In this document: piece after piece, positions 9,605 through 18,559 of the stretch | Numbering within the stretch: the first letter of the stretch is position 1 | How the letters are laid out: each line of letters starts with the position of its first letter | Source of the DNA: a virus | Taxonomy: Duplodnaviria > Heunggongvirae > Uroviricota > Caudoviricetes | Direction: 5' to 3' (one strand) | Length of the DNA stretch: 64,000 nt | Virus record (IMG/VR): IMGVR_UViG_2541047802_000007 | The notes under the pieces: generated by a model | Database searches by the model: none | What the model saw: the letters and a program-made list of their open reading frames with translations, nothing else | What the model was told of the DNA's origin: nothing | Position numbers and translations under genes: made by a program

Positions 9605-10097
9605 ACGCTGCCTTGTCGGGGCCGTGCTGGCTATTGCTGCCACGCTGCCGGGGTTTCAGCAGCTTCACACCTCCGAGGAGGGACTGAAACTGATCGCTGA
9701 TTATGAAGGCTGTCGTCTGCAGCCGTATCAGTGCAGCGCGGGTGTCTGGACCGACGGCATTGGTAATACGTCGGGCGTCATTCCCGGCAAAATTATTACG
9801 GAACGACAGGCAGCTGAAGGGCTGATCTCCAACGTGCTACGAGTGGAGCGGGCGTTGGAAAGGTGTGTGAAGCAACAGCCGCCGCAGAAGGTGTATGACG
9901 CTACGGTGTCGTTTGCCTTCAACGTGGGGACGGGCAATGCCTGTAGTTCCACGCTGGTGAAATTGCTCAATCAGCGGCGCTGGGCGGATGCATGCCGACA
10001 GTTGCCGCGCTGGGTTTATGTGAAAGGTGTTTTTAATCAGGGGCTGGATAACCGCCGTGCGCGGGAGATGGCCTGGTGTTTACAGGGAGCAAACTGA
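9585..10097 (+). CDS. K: Endolysin (lysozyme-like, N-terminal signal-anchor)
   Basis: 170-aa product with lysozyme-like motifs and hydrophobic N-terminus. Confidence 0.8.
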   Translation: MNPSIVKRCLVGAVLAIAATLPGFQQLHTSEEGLKLIADYEGCRLQPYQCSAGVWTDGIGNTSGVIPGKIITERQAAEGLISNVLRVERALERCVKQQPPQKVYDATVSFAFNVGTGNACSSTLVKLLNQRRWADACRQLPRWVYVKGVFNQGLDNRRAREMAWCLQGAN

Positions 10098-10098
10098 A

Positions 10099-10476
10099 AT
10101 GAAAAAGAAATTAATCAGCGGACTGTTTCTGATGTTATGGATGGCGCTGTTAATCGCAGCAATGGTGTATCCGCAGGGGATTTTTCCGGTACTGGCAGCG
10201 TCCGGCGTTTGGGTAGCCTGTTTGCTGACATGGGCGGTAATTCCGGTAGCACTGGCTGCGTTAATTAAGAATGGCCCGCTCTGGCAGGAGTTAAGGGCAT
10301 CTTTGCTGAAGACAATTACTCGAAAAGAAAACGTATTTACCAGTTGGGTGATGCGATTGCTGATTGTTGTAAGTCTCGCCTGGACGGGGTGGGCTATTAC
10401 CCTGGTCTTTTATCTACTGACCGTTATTGCCTTCTGGATCACCCGTAATCAGATGGCGCAACAGGTAGCAGCATGA
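10099..10476 (+). CDS. lysA: LysA-like membrane protein (lysis timing)
   Basis: ATG at 10099; multi-TM product; position. Confidence 0.55.
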   Translation: MKKKLISGLFLMLWMALLIAAMVYPQGIFPVLAASGVWVACLLTWAVIPVALAALIKNGPLWQELRASLLKTITRKENVFTSWVMRLLIVVSLAWTGWAITLVFYLLTVIAFWITRNQMAQQVAA

Positions 10477-10901
10477 ACCGGTTGCTGCTGGTTGTGCTGA
10501 CGTTATTACTGGCGGCGCTGGGCTGGCAGACGTGGCGGCTGGCTGATGCCAGCCAGACCATCAGCACGCAGGCAGACGAGCTGCAGAGCAAAAGCCAGGC
10601 ACTGGCAAAGAGCAATAGCCAGCTTATCAGCCTGTCCATTCTGACTGAAACCAATAACCGGGAGCAGGCGCGGCTCTATGCCGAAGCAGAACAGACCAGC
10701 ACGCTGCTGAGACAACGACAACACCGGATCGAGGAACTGAAACGTGAGAACGAGGATTTACGCCGCTGGGCTGATACTCCTTTGCCTGCTGACATTATCC
10801 GGCTGCGGAAACGTCCGGCACTCACCGGAGGTATGGCTTACCGTCAGTGGTTGTCCGCGAGTGACGCCGTGTCGGCTGGATCAGGCAACGCCGCGCACTA
10901 A
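10473..10901 (+). CDS. lysB: LysB, Rz-like i-spanin
   Basis: N-terminal TM helix plus coiled-coil region; position. Confidence 0.7.
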   Translation: MNRLLLVVLTLLLAALGWQTWRLADASQTISTQADELQSKSQALAKSNSQLISLSILTETNNREQARLYAEAEQTSTLLRQRQHRIEELKRENEDLRRWADTPLPADIIRLRKRPALTGGMAYRQWLSASDAVSAGSGNAAH

Positions 10902-11034
10902 CGGTGATCTGAACGCGTTGCTGGATGAAACGGAGGCCGCCTGGGCGGTCTGTGCAGACAAAGTGGACATGATTATTGCGTGTCAGGAGCGAAACAGTGA
11001 ACAAACCACAATCCCTGCGCCACGCCCTCAATAA
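10744..11034 (+). CDS. lysC: LysC, Rz1-like o-spanin lipoprotein, overlapping lysB in another frame
   Basis: Lipobox LTLSGC; embedded/overlapping arrangement typical of P2 lysB/lysC. Confidence 0.6.
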   Translation: MRTRIYAAGLILLCLLTLSGCGNVRHSPEVWLTVSGCPRVTPCRLDQATPRTNGDLNALLDETEAAWAVCADKVDMIIACQERNSEQTTIPAPRPQ

Positions 11035-11428
11035 AGCGGTGCCTTATGTCCGCAATAACCCGGACAAACTGCATCTGTTTGTGGATAACGGTTCGCTGGT
11101 TGCCACGGGGGCCAGCTCCATGTCGTGGGAGTACCGTTACACACTGAACGCGGTGATTGAGGATTTCAGCGGCGACCAGAATCTGCTGATGGCCCCGGTT
11201 TTGCTGTGGCTGAGGGATAACCAGCCCGATGCCATCAATAACCCGGCGTTACGGGAAAAGCTATTCACCTTTGAGGTGGATATTCTGCGCAACGATGTCT
11301 GTGATATCAGCCTGAACCTGCAACTGACGGAACGTGTGCTGGTCAGCACTGACGGCAGTGTGTCGAGCGTTGAAGCTATAGCGGAACCTGATGCACCTGA
11401 AGAAATGTGGACGGTGAAATGTGGCTGA
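10997..11428 (+). CDS. R: Tail completion protein (P2 gpR-like); GTG start after AGGAG
   Basis: Similarity to P2 R; synteny. Confidence 0.75.
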   Translation: MNKPQSLRHALNKAVPYVRNNPDKLHLFVDNGSLVATGASSMSWEYRYTLNAVIEDFSGDQNLLMAPVLLWLRDNQPDAINNPALREKLFTFEVDILRNDVCDISLNLQLTERVLVSTDGSVSSVEAIAEPDAPEEMWTVKCG

Positions 11429-11879
11429 ACTGCAGAAGGTGGACGACTGGCTGAGTGCCTTGCTGGCGAATCTGGAACCAGCCTCGAGAAGCCGCATGAT
11501 GCGCCAGCTGGCGCAGGAACTTCGCCGGACACAGCAGCAGAATATCAGGATGCAGCGCAACCCTGACGGCAGCAGCTATGAACCGCGACGGGTAACAGCA
11601 CGCAGTAAAAAAGGCCGTATCAAACGTCAGATGTTTGCAAAGCTGCGCACCACAAAATACCTGAAAACTGCCGCCAGCGCCGACTCTGCCAGCGTGCAGT
11701 TTGAAGGTAAGGTACAGCGCATTGCCCGTGTTCACCATTACGGTCTGCGTGATCGCGTCAGTCGCAAAGGACCGGACGTACGGTATGCAGAGCGGCGTTT
11801 GTTGGGTATTAACAATGATATTGAGAACAACGTTAAGAATGTTTTTTATCAATGGTTAATTAATAACAATAAGCCGTAA
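11421..11879 (+). CDS. S: Tail completion protein (P2 gpS-like); GTG start; C-terminal ~25 codons run into AT-rich cargo DNA
   Basis: Similarity and synteny; 3' end composition shift. Confidence 0.75.
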   Translation: MAELQKVDDWLSALLANLEPASRSRMMRQLAQELRRTQQQNIRMQRNPDGSSYEPRRVTARSKKGRIKRQMFAKLRTTKYLKTAASADSASVQFEGKVQRIARVHHYGLRDRVSRKGPDVRYAERRLLGINNDIENNVKNVFYQWLINNNKP

Positions 11880-11905
11880 AAATTTTAGATTAAAAATAAG
11901 TTATG

Positions 11906-11932
11906 AACGGGTGGCCTAGGAGGCCACCCGTT
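11906..11932. terminator. Bidirectional terminator hairpin (aacgggtggcct-agg-aggccacccgtt) between S and the antisense cargo gene
   Basis: Perfect 12-bp inverted repeat flanked by A/T runs. Confidence 0.6.
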
Positions 11933-11934
11933 AT

Positions 11935-13635
11935 TTATTCAAGGTGATTTGAAAGAGTAATTAATGGCTCAATCGGTTGGAACGCTTTTAAGGATGTTAA
12001 TATGTTTTTAACTTCCTTTGATACGATAGATAACGGGTTGTCTGTTACAGATAAGTAGGTGGTTAAATCTTGACCTGAAACACGGATAACATGTGGTAAT
12101 ATCGCAGTTATAACTGGTGTCCAAAGGTCGATTAAATCATCCAGAGAGTTATTTTTAGATAATGCTGTATCATATTTATATTTTATTTTCTTCTTGTTCA
12201 AAGGTTTATCTGTTAATTCTTCAAGTATTTCTCCGATGACGGATATTAAAAAGAATCGAGACTTTAAATTTTGGAGGAATAATAAGTTATCCTCATCTAC
12301 TTTAATTTTATTCTCTTTTGCACGGATTTGAGATTTTACTTTTTCTATAGCTTTTGAAATAGTGTAAGCACATAAAATATGCTGGGCTTTCGAATCATGA
12401 AAGGCATTGTCATAGGCTGATTTTGTATCGAAAACGTAGTTTTTACCTCTATTGGCGCTAACATAATCCCCATGTAACGCTATCAGCGGTTGAGCAACAG
12501 ACTCAATGCCAAATAAAGAACCAGTATTTTCGAAGCCGCGTTTCAGTGAATATGTATAACCAAGAGTGGAAAATTCTTCTGCCACCTGTTTTTGTTCTGT
12601 GCTGTTAGAGTAGTGATCCCAGGTTGTAATATGATTCTGAGTATTATTATACTGGACTATTTTTTTTACTTTGTCCGCATCATTACATTCAATAACCTTA
12701 CAAAGGACTTTTAGGCCATCTAATTTTTGTATATCTTGAACTGAACCAATAGAACCAGTGGTTTGAGCTCCATTTATGATTGAAACTCCTTCCAACAACC
12801 CTTTTTCTTTGTTGAATTTTGTTGTTAGGATTGATACACCATTGTTAAAGACAAAGAAGTCTTTTGGGGATGTTTCTGCGGTATTCTTAATTGATGAGTT
12901 TATTTTTCTTCTCTTATTTAATCCCATGAACCCCCTATAATTAGCAGAAAATAATTCTGCTCCATAATTTTTGTATAAATAATTTAGCCAAGTGCCGTTT
13001 GCAAAGCCAACATGTGAAGTCCAGCCATCACCTTGTACAGAATTTATAAGTTCGCCATTGAACTTTATATTGTCAGTCACAACAATTTGTTGTGATAGCG
13101 CAATATACAATTTTTCAAGACTATTAACACCAAGTTCTCTGTAAGTTACCTCAATTTCTTTGTCTGCAAATCTACCTGCTAGATAGTCACGACAAGTTTC
13201 AAGCTCAGTTTTAACCTGCTCAGATTCGGCACAATTATGGATATATAATAATTCAACAGCTTCAATTTCGTTATCATCAATTAATTTTCTAACCTCAGAA
13301 ATTTTTGCTCTTAATTTTGCATTTGGAGACTCTCCTGAGCCTGCCATAATCCACGCTAAAGCAGTGTTTAAGTCAGAAGCTTTATTTGCAGGCGCAACTA
13401 TTTTAAGTGCTTGCTGATTGCAGTAGTAACCCTGAGCAATAAATAACGTTGAATTAATTACGGTAATGAAGTCTATTTTCTTATCGTTTCCACCATCAGT
13501 AAGTCCATCAGATGCTAGCTTATCAAAATCGGATTCATCTAAGTAAAGACCTAATGACCATAAAAGATGTGCGTTACTAGTCCCGTACTTTTCTAACAGG
13601 GAAGTTTTATTTTGCAGTTGTCTTAAGTGTTCCAT
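11935..13635 (-). CDS. 566-aa cargo protein, AT-rich; tentatively AIPR/abortive-infection-like; candidate anti-phage defence gene
   Basis: Long antisense ORF between tail genes S and V; low GC; motifs LTDGGNDKKIDF and FVFNNGVSILT recalled as AIPR-like (unverified). Confidence 0.7.
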   Translation of the reverse strand: MEHLRQLQNKTSLLEKYGTSNAHLLWSLGLYLDESDFDKLASDGLTDGGNDKKIDFITVINSTLFIAQGYYCNQQALKIVAPANKASDLNTALAWIMAGSGESPNAKLRAKISEVRKLIDDNEIEAVELLYIHNCAESEQVKTELETCRDYLAGRFADKEIEVTYRELGVNSLEKLYIALSQQIVVTDNIKFNGELINSVQGDGWTSHVGFANGTWLNYLYKNYGAELFSANYRGFMGLNKRRKINSSIKNTAETSPKDFFVFNNGVSILTTKFNKEKGLLEGVSIINGAQTTGSIGSVQDIQKLDGLKVLCKVIECNDADKVKKIVQYNNTQNHITTWDHYSNSTEQKQVAEEFSTLGYTYSLKRGFENTGSLFGIESVAQPLIALHGDYVSANRGKNYVFDTKSAYDNAFHDSKAQHILCAYTISKAIEKVKSQIRAKENKIKVDEDNLLFLQNLKSRFFLISVIGEILEELTDKPLNKKKIKYKYDTALSKNNSLDDLIDLWTPVITAILPHVIRVSGQDLTTYLSVTDNPLSIVSKEVKNILTSLKAFQPIEPLITLSNHLE

Positions 13636-13709
13636 TTACCAAGCTTCTTTTTTGTTAATGAGATAACTCTCAATAATTTATAGATAGTAGTCGTTTTTTG
13701 CCAGTTGTT

Positions 13710-13727
13710 TGTGACAGCCGTGATACA
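13710..13727. promoter_or_regulatory. TGT-N12-ACA dyad (late activator site) upstream of V
   Basis: tgtgacagccgtgataca about 45 bp upstream of V start. Confidence 0.5.
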
Positions 13728-13773
13728 ACTATCAAAGCTACTTCTCAATTTTGAGATATAGCAGTCTATTTTC

Positions 13774-14352
13774 ATGAACACACAACTAACCGAAATCATG
13801 CGCCTTATCACCAACCTGATCCGCACTGGGGTAGTCACCGAAGTGGACCGGGAAAACTGGCTTTGTCGGGTGAAAACAGGCGACTTAGAAACCAACTGGA
13901 TCAGCTGGCTGACCCTGCGTGCCGGGAATGCCCGGACATGGTGGCGACCATCGGAAGGTGAGCAGGTGGTGCTGCTGAGTCTGGGCGGCAATCTGGAGAC
14001 CGCCTTTGCGCTGCCCGCTGTCTATTCGAATCAGTTCGCACCACCGTCGACGTCGGCGGACGCCTGCGTGACAGAACATCCTGACGGTGGCTGGTTTGAA
14101 TACGAACCCGCCACCGGGCGCTGGTATGTCAGGGGCATCAAATCCATGGTTATTGAGGCTGCCGACAATATCACCCTGAAAACCAGTGAGTTTGTGCTGG
14201 AGGCTGACCGCACGCGTATTAATAGTGAAGTAGTGATCAATGGCGGCGTTACCCAGGGCGGCGGTGCGATGAGTTCTAACGGGATCGTGGTTGATGCGCA
14301 TCAGCATACTGGCGTCCTGAAAGGCGGCGATACAACCGGAGGCCCGGTATGA
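13774..14352 (+). CDS. V: Baseplate spike/assembly protein (P2 gpV-like)
   Basis: 192-aa product, synteny. Confidence 0.85.
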   Translation: MNTQLTEIMRLITNLIRTGVVTEVDRENWLCRVKTGDLETNWISWLTLRAGNARTWWRPSEGEQVVLLSLGGNLETAFALPAVYSNQFAPPSTSADACVTEHPDGGWFEYEPATGRWYVRGIKSMVIEAADNITLKTSEFVLEADRTRINSEVVINGGVTQGGGAMSSNGIVVDAHQHTGVLKGGDTTGGPV

Positions 14353-14708
14353 CGCTTTATAGCGGGATGAACAATACCAGCGGTAAAGCCATTACTGATA
14401 TTGACCATCTGCGCCAGTCGGTGCGGGACATTCTGCTGACACCGCAGGGTAGCCGCATTGCTCGCCGGGAATATGGTTCCCTGCTGTCGGCACTGATAGA
14501 TCAGCCACAAAATCCGGCATTACGCCTGCAGGTCATGTCGGCAGTGTATGTGGCGCTGAGTCGCTGGGAGCCACGGCTGATGCTGGATTCCATCACCATC
14601 AACAGCAATTTTGACGGTTCAATGATGGTGGAGCTGACCGGGCGGCGGAATAACGGTGTACCTGTGTCCCTTTCCGTATCAACAGGAGCAGAGAATGGCA
14701 GTGATTGA
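14349..14708 (+). CDS. W: Baseplate protein (P2 gpW-like, gp25-like)
   Basis: 119-aa product, synteny. Confidence 0.85.
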   Translation: MTLYSGMNNTSGKAITDIDHLRQSVRDILLTPQGSRIARREYGSLLSALIDQPQNPALRLQVMSAVYVALSRWEPRLMLDSITINSNFDGSMMVELTGRRNNGVPVSLSVSTGAENGSD

Positions 14709-15603
14709 CCTTTCGCAGTTGCCTGCACCGCAGATTGTGGATGTGCCGGACTTTGAGACGCTGCTTGCCGAACGCAAGGCAGAATTTGTGGCGCTTCATC
14801 CGAAAGATGAGCAGGAAGCAGTGATCCGCACGCTGGAACTGGAATCTGAACCCGTCACCAAATTGTTGCAGGAGAACGCTTATCGTGAGTTGCTTCTGCG
14901 CCAGCGCATTAACGAAGCCGCGCAGGCGGTGATGGCGGCTTATGCCATAGGGAGCGATCTGGACCAGCTCGCTGCCAATTACAACGTGAAACGCCTGACG
15001 GTGACGCCTGCTGATAATGACGCTGTGCCGCCCGTTGCGGCAGTGATGGAAAGTGATGAAGCGTTACGCCTGCGTGTGCCTGCAGCCTTTGAAGGGCTTT
15101 CAGTTGCGGGGCCAACTGCAGCTTATGAATTTCATGCCCGAAGCGCCGACGGTCGGGTGGCGGATGCCAGTGCAACCAGCCCGGCACCTGCAGAGGTGGT
15201 GCTGACTGTCCTTAGCCGCGAAGGCGACGGAACAGCAGAAAAAGACCTGCTGGATGTGGTGGAGAAAGCCCTGAACAGTGAGAACGTCCGCCCGGTGGCT
15301 GACCGTCTTACGGTTCGCAGCGCAGAAATCATCCCGTACCGCGTGGAAGCCACCATTTTTCTCTATCCGGGGCCCGAAGCAGAGCCGGTAATGGCAGCGG
15401 CAAAAGCCAGCCTGCAGAAGTACATCGCCAGTCAGACGCGGCTTGGTCGGGATATTCGCCGTAGTGCCATTTTTGCCGCGCTGCATGTTGAGGGGGTTCA
15501 ACGTGTGGAGCTGGCTTCACCGCTGGCTGATGTGGTCCTGAACAAAACACAGGCCGCATCATGTACGCAGTGGAGCGTAACCAACGGAGGAACGGATGAA
15601 TAG
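14695..15603 (+). CDS. J: Baseplate protein (P2 gpJ-like)
   Basis: ATG at 14695; synteny. Confidence 0.85.
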   Translation: MAVIDLSQLPAPQIVDVPDFETLLAERKAEFVALHPKDEQEAVIRTLELESEPVTKLLQENAYRELLLRQRINEAAQAVMAAYAIGSDLDQLAANYNVKRLTVTPADNDAVPPVAAVMESDEALRLRVPAAFEGLSVAGPTAAYEFHARSADGRVADASATSPAPAEVVLTVLSREGDGTAEKDLLDVVEKALNSENVRPVADRLTVRSAEIIPYRVEATIFLYPGPEAEPVMAAAKASLQKYIASQTRLGRDIRRSAIFAALHVEGVQRVELASPLADVVLNKTQAASCTQWSVTNGGTDE

Positions 15604-16201
15604 TCTGCTGCCACCGGGTTCAACTTCACTGGAGCGCCGACTGGCGCAGACCTGTAGCGGGATTTCTGATCTGCAGGTGCCGCTGCGTGACTTGTGGAAT
15701 CCGGCAACCTGTCCGGTCAGTTTCCTACCTTATCTCGCCTGGGCGTTCTCTGTGGATCGCTGGGATGAGGGCTGGACAGAAAGCGTCAAGCGCCAGGTGG
15801 TGAAGGATGCTTTTTATATTCATCAGCATAAAGGGACCACCAGTGCCGTGCGGCGGGTGGTGGAGCCGTTCGGCTTTCTGATCCGCATTATTGAGTGGTG
15901 GCAGACCGGAGAGACACCGGGCACGTTTCGTCTGGATATCGGCGTGCAGGACCAGGGCATCACTGAAGATACCTATCTGGAACTTGAGCGACTGATAAGC
16001 GATGCCAAACCATGTAGCCGTCACATGATCGGCATGTCCATCAACCTGCAGACCAGCGGCCCGCATTGGGTGGGAGCCGCCAGCTATCTTGGCGAAGAAA
16101 TCACGATCTATCCGTATATCAACGAAACAATTATTTCCGGCGGCACCGCGCATGAAGGCGGGGCGGTCCATGTTATTGACACAATGAGAGTGAATCCATG
16201 A
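15596..16201 (+). CDS. I: Baseplate protein (P2 gpI-like)
   Basis: 201-aa product, synteny. Confidence 0.8.
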   Translation: MNSLLPPGSTSLERRLAQTCSGISDLQVPLRDLWNPATCPVSFLPYLAWAFSVDRWDEGWTESVKRQVVKDAFYIHQHKGTTSAVRRVVEPFGFLIRIIEWWQTGETPGTFRLDIGVQDQGITEDTYLELERLISDAKPCSRHMIGMSINLQTSGPHWVGAASYLGEEITIYPYINETIISGGTAHEGGAVHVIDTMRVNP

Positions 16202-17823
16202 GCACAAAATTTTATACCCTGCTGACGGATATTGGCGCGGCGAAACTTGCCAGCGCCGCCGCGCTCGGTGTGCCTTTAAAAATTACCCATATGGCGGTCG
16301 GCGATGGCGGCGGAACATTGCCAACGCCGGACGCCAAGCAGACAGCATTGGTAAATGAGAAACGCCGGGCTGCGCTGAATATGCTCTATATCGACCCGCA
16401 GAACAGCAGCCAGATTATTGCTGAACAGGTGATCCCTGAAAACGAGGGCGGTTGGTGGATACGTGAAGTGGGCCTGTTTGATGAGTCCGGGGCATTGATT
16501 GCCGTGGGAAACTGCCCGGAAAGCTATAAGCCGCAACTGGCTGAAGGCAGCGGACGTACCCAGACCGTGCGCATGGTGCTGATAACCAGCAGCACGGACA
16601 ATATCACCCTGAAAATCGACCCTGCCGTCGTGCTGGCAACCCGCAAGTATGTGGATGATAAGGTACTGGAGCTGAAGGTGTACGTGGATGACCTGATGGC
16701 AAAACATCTTGCCGCACCGGACCCGCATTCACAGTATGCACCCAAAGAAAGTCCGACGTTTACCGGGACACCCAAAGCGCCAACGCCAGCAGCAGGGAAT
16801 AACACCACGCAGATTGCGACCACCGCGTTTGTTCAGGCGGCTCTGACGGCTCTTATTAATGGTGCGCCAGCCACCCTGGACACGCTGAAAGAAATAGCCG
16901 CAGCCATTAACAATGATCCGAAATTCAGTACCACCATTAACAATGCACTGGCACAAAAAGCGCCGCTGTCGAGTCCGGCACTCACCGGAACGCCAACAGC
17001 TCCCACGGCGGCGCAGTCGGTCAACAATACACAGATTGCCACTACCGCTTTTGTGAAATCGGCAATTGCAGCAATGGTGGGTTCTGCACCTGCGGCACTG
17101 GATACGCTGAACGAACTGGCAGCGGCGCTGGGGAATGATCCGAACTTTGCCACGACAATAACTAACTCCCTTGCGGGGAAGCAGCCAAAGGATGCTACTT
17201 TAACGGCGTTGGCAGGGCTTTCTACATCAAAAGATAAACTCCCTTATTTTACAGGGGAAGATCGAGCTGCCTTAACTGCACTGACAAGTGTTGGGCGTAC
17301 CATTCTTAGCAGGCCCAGCGCACAGGGCGTTCTTGATTATCTTGGTTTAGGGGATGGCTCTGCATTACCTGTTGGTGTCCCTGTTCCGTGGCCTTCTGCC
17401 ACTCCACCGACAGGCTGGCTGAAATGCAACGGAGCGGCTTTTTCGGCTGAAGAATATCCCAAACTGGCAAAGGTTTATCCGACAAATAAATTGCCTGATT
17501 TACGTGGTGAGTTTATTCGTGGCTGGGATGATGGGCGTGGTATTGATGCTGGGCGTGCTTTATTGAGCCTTCAGGCTGGAATGCTGGAAAAACACCGCCA
17601 TATGGTTGTAGCCAACGATGGGTATGATTCAAAAGAGGAATGGGAACTGGCGGCAATCTTCAGAAAAGCATATACGCAAGGCCGGGGGCTTGATGCTGCC
17701 GATGCCGGAGGGACTCTGATTCCATCACCAACGCTACATACACGAGGGAGTATTGGTAACACAGGTGGGAGCGAAACCCGTCCACGAAATATTGCATTTA
17801 ACTATATCGTGAGAGCTGCGTAA
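16198..17823 (+). CDS. H: Tail fibre protein (P2 gpH-like) with internal repeats and C-terminal receptor-binding domain
   Basis: 541-aa product; repeated NNTQIATTAFV motif; position. Confidence 0.85.
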   Translation: MSTKFYTLLTDIGAAKLASAAALGVPLKITHMAVGDGGGTLPTPDAKQTALVNEKRRAALNMLYIDPQNSSQIIAEQVIPENEGGWWIREVGLFDESGALIAVGNCPESYKPQLAEGSGRTQTVRMVLITSSTDNITLKIDPAVVLATRKYVDDKVLELKVYVDDLMAKHLAAPDPHSQYAPKESPTFTGTPKAPTPAAGNNTTQIATTAFVQAALTALINGAPATLDTLKEIAAAINNDPKFSTTINNALAQKAPLSSPALTGTPTAPTAAQSVNNTQIATTAFVKSAIAAMVGSAPAALDTLNELAAALGNDPNFATTITNSLAGKQPKDATLTALAGLSTSKDKLPYFTGEDRAALTALTSVGRTILSRPSAQGVLDYLGLGDGSALPVGVPVPWPSATPPTGWLKCNGAAFSAEEYPKLAKVYPTNKLPDLRGEFIRGWDDGRGIDAGRALLSLQAGMLEKHRHMVVANDGYDSKEEWELAAIFRKAYTQGRGLDAADAGGTLIPSPTLHTRGSIGNTGGSETRPRNIAFNYIVRAA

Positions 17824-18425
17824 TGGATAAAGCCGTATTAAATAGCGAACTTATTGCCACGAAGGCGGGGAATATTACCGTCTATAACTATGATGGTGAA
17901 ACACGGGAATATATTTCTGAATCAACTGAATATCTTGCTGTTGGCGTCGGTATTCCCGCACATTCGTGTTTAGATGCTCCTGGTTCATATAAGTCAGGTT
18001 ATGTGTCCTGTCGAACTCTGGATTTGAGATCATGGGAATATGTGCCAGACCATCGCGGTGAAATCGTCTATAACACCGAAACGGGGGACTCAAAAGAAAT
18101 CACAGTGCCGGGAGATTACCCTGAAAAGACAACCACTATTGCTCCGTTAACACCATACGATAAGTGGGATGGTGAGAAATGGGTGACGGATACCAAAGCG
18201 CAACATAACGCAGCAGTGGAAGGGGCTGAACTGCAACGCCAGTCACTGATTGATGATGCCATGTCTTCCATTGTTCTGATTCAACTAAAATTGCAGGCGG
18301 GAAGAAAATTAACTGCGGAAGAAACAGTAAAGCTCGATTCCGTTCTTGACTATATCGACGTGGTAGCAGCAATAGATATCAGCACAGCCCCTGATATTAA
18401 CTGGCCCAAACTACCAGAAATTTAA
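17823..18425 (+). CDS. G: Tail fibre assembly chaperone (P2 gpG-like)
   Basis: 200-aa product directly after H. Confidence 0.75.
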   Translation: MDKAVLNSELIATKAGNITVYNYDGETREYISESTEYLAVGVGIPAHSCLDAPGSYKSGYVSCRTLDLRSWEYVPDHRGEIVYNTETGDSKEITVPGDYPEKTTTIAPLTPYDKWDGEKWVTDTKAQHNAAVEGAELQRQSLIDDAMSSIVLIQLKLQAGRKLTAEETVKLDSVLDYIDVVAAIDISTAPDINWPKLPEI

Positions 18426-18432
18426 ATTCCTG

Positions 18433-18455
18433 CCCCGCGCCTGCGGGGATTTTTT
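18433..18455 (+). terminator. Rho-independent terminator after G
   Basis: ccccgcgcctgcgggg hairpin followed by TTTTTT. Confidence 0.6.
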
Positions 18456-18466
18456 CGCCCCGTCGT

Positions 18467-18484
18467 TGTGCCATTTTCCATACA
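18467..18484. promoter_or_regulatory. TGT-N12-ACA dyad (late activator site) upstream of FI
   Basis: tgtgccattttccataca in G-FI intergenic region. Confidence 0.5.
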
Positions 18485-18559
18485 AAACCCATCGCGTGCA
18501 CCCTGCGTGTATCAACCAGAACATAGGCAGACCCCCTCTACAACCGGAGAGACTGCCTT

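Noticed and set aside
16780-17110. Repeated NNTQIATTAFV segments in tail fibre H as an assembly artefact
   Set aside because: The copies are diverged at DNA level and in frame; repeat modules are normal in tail fibre proteins.
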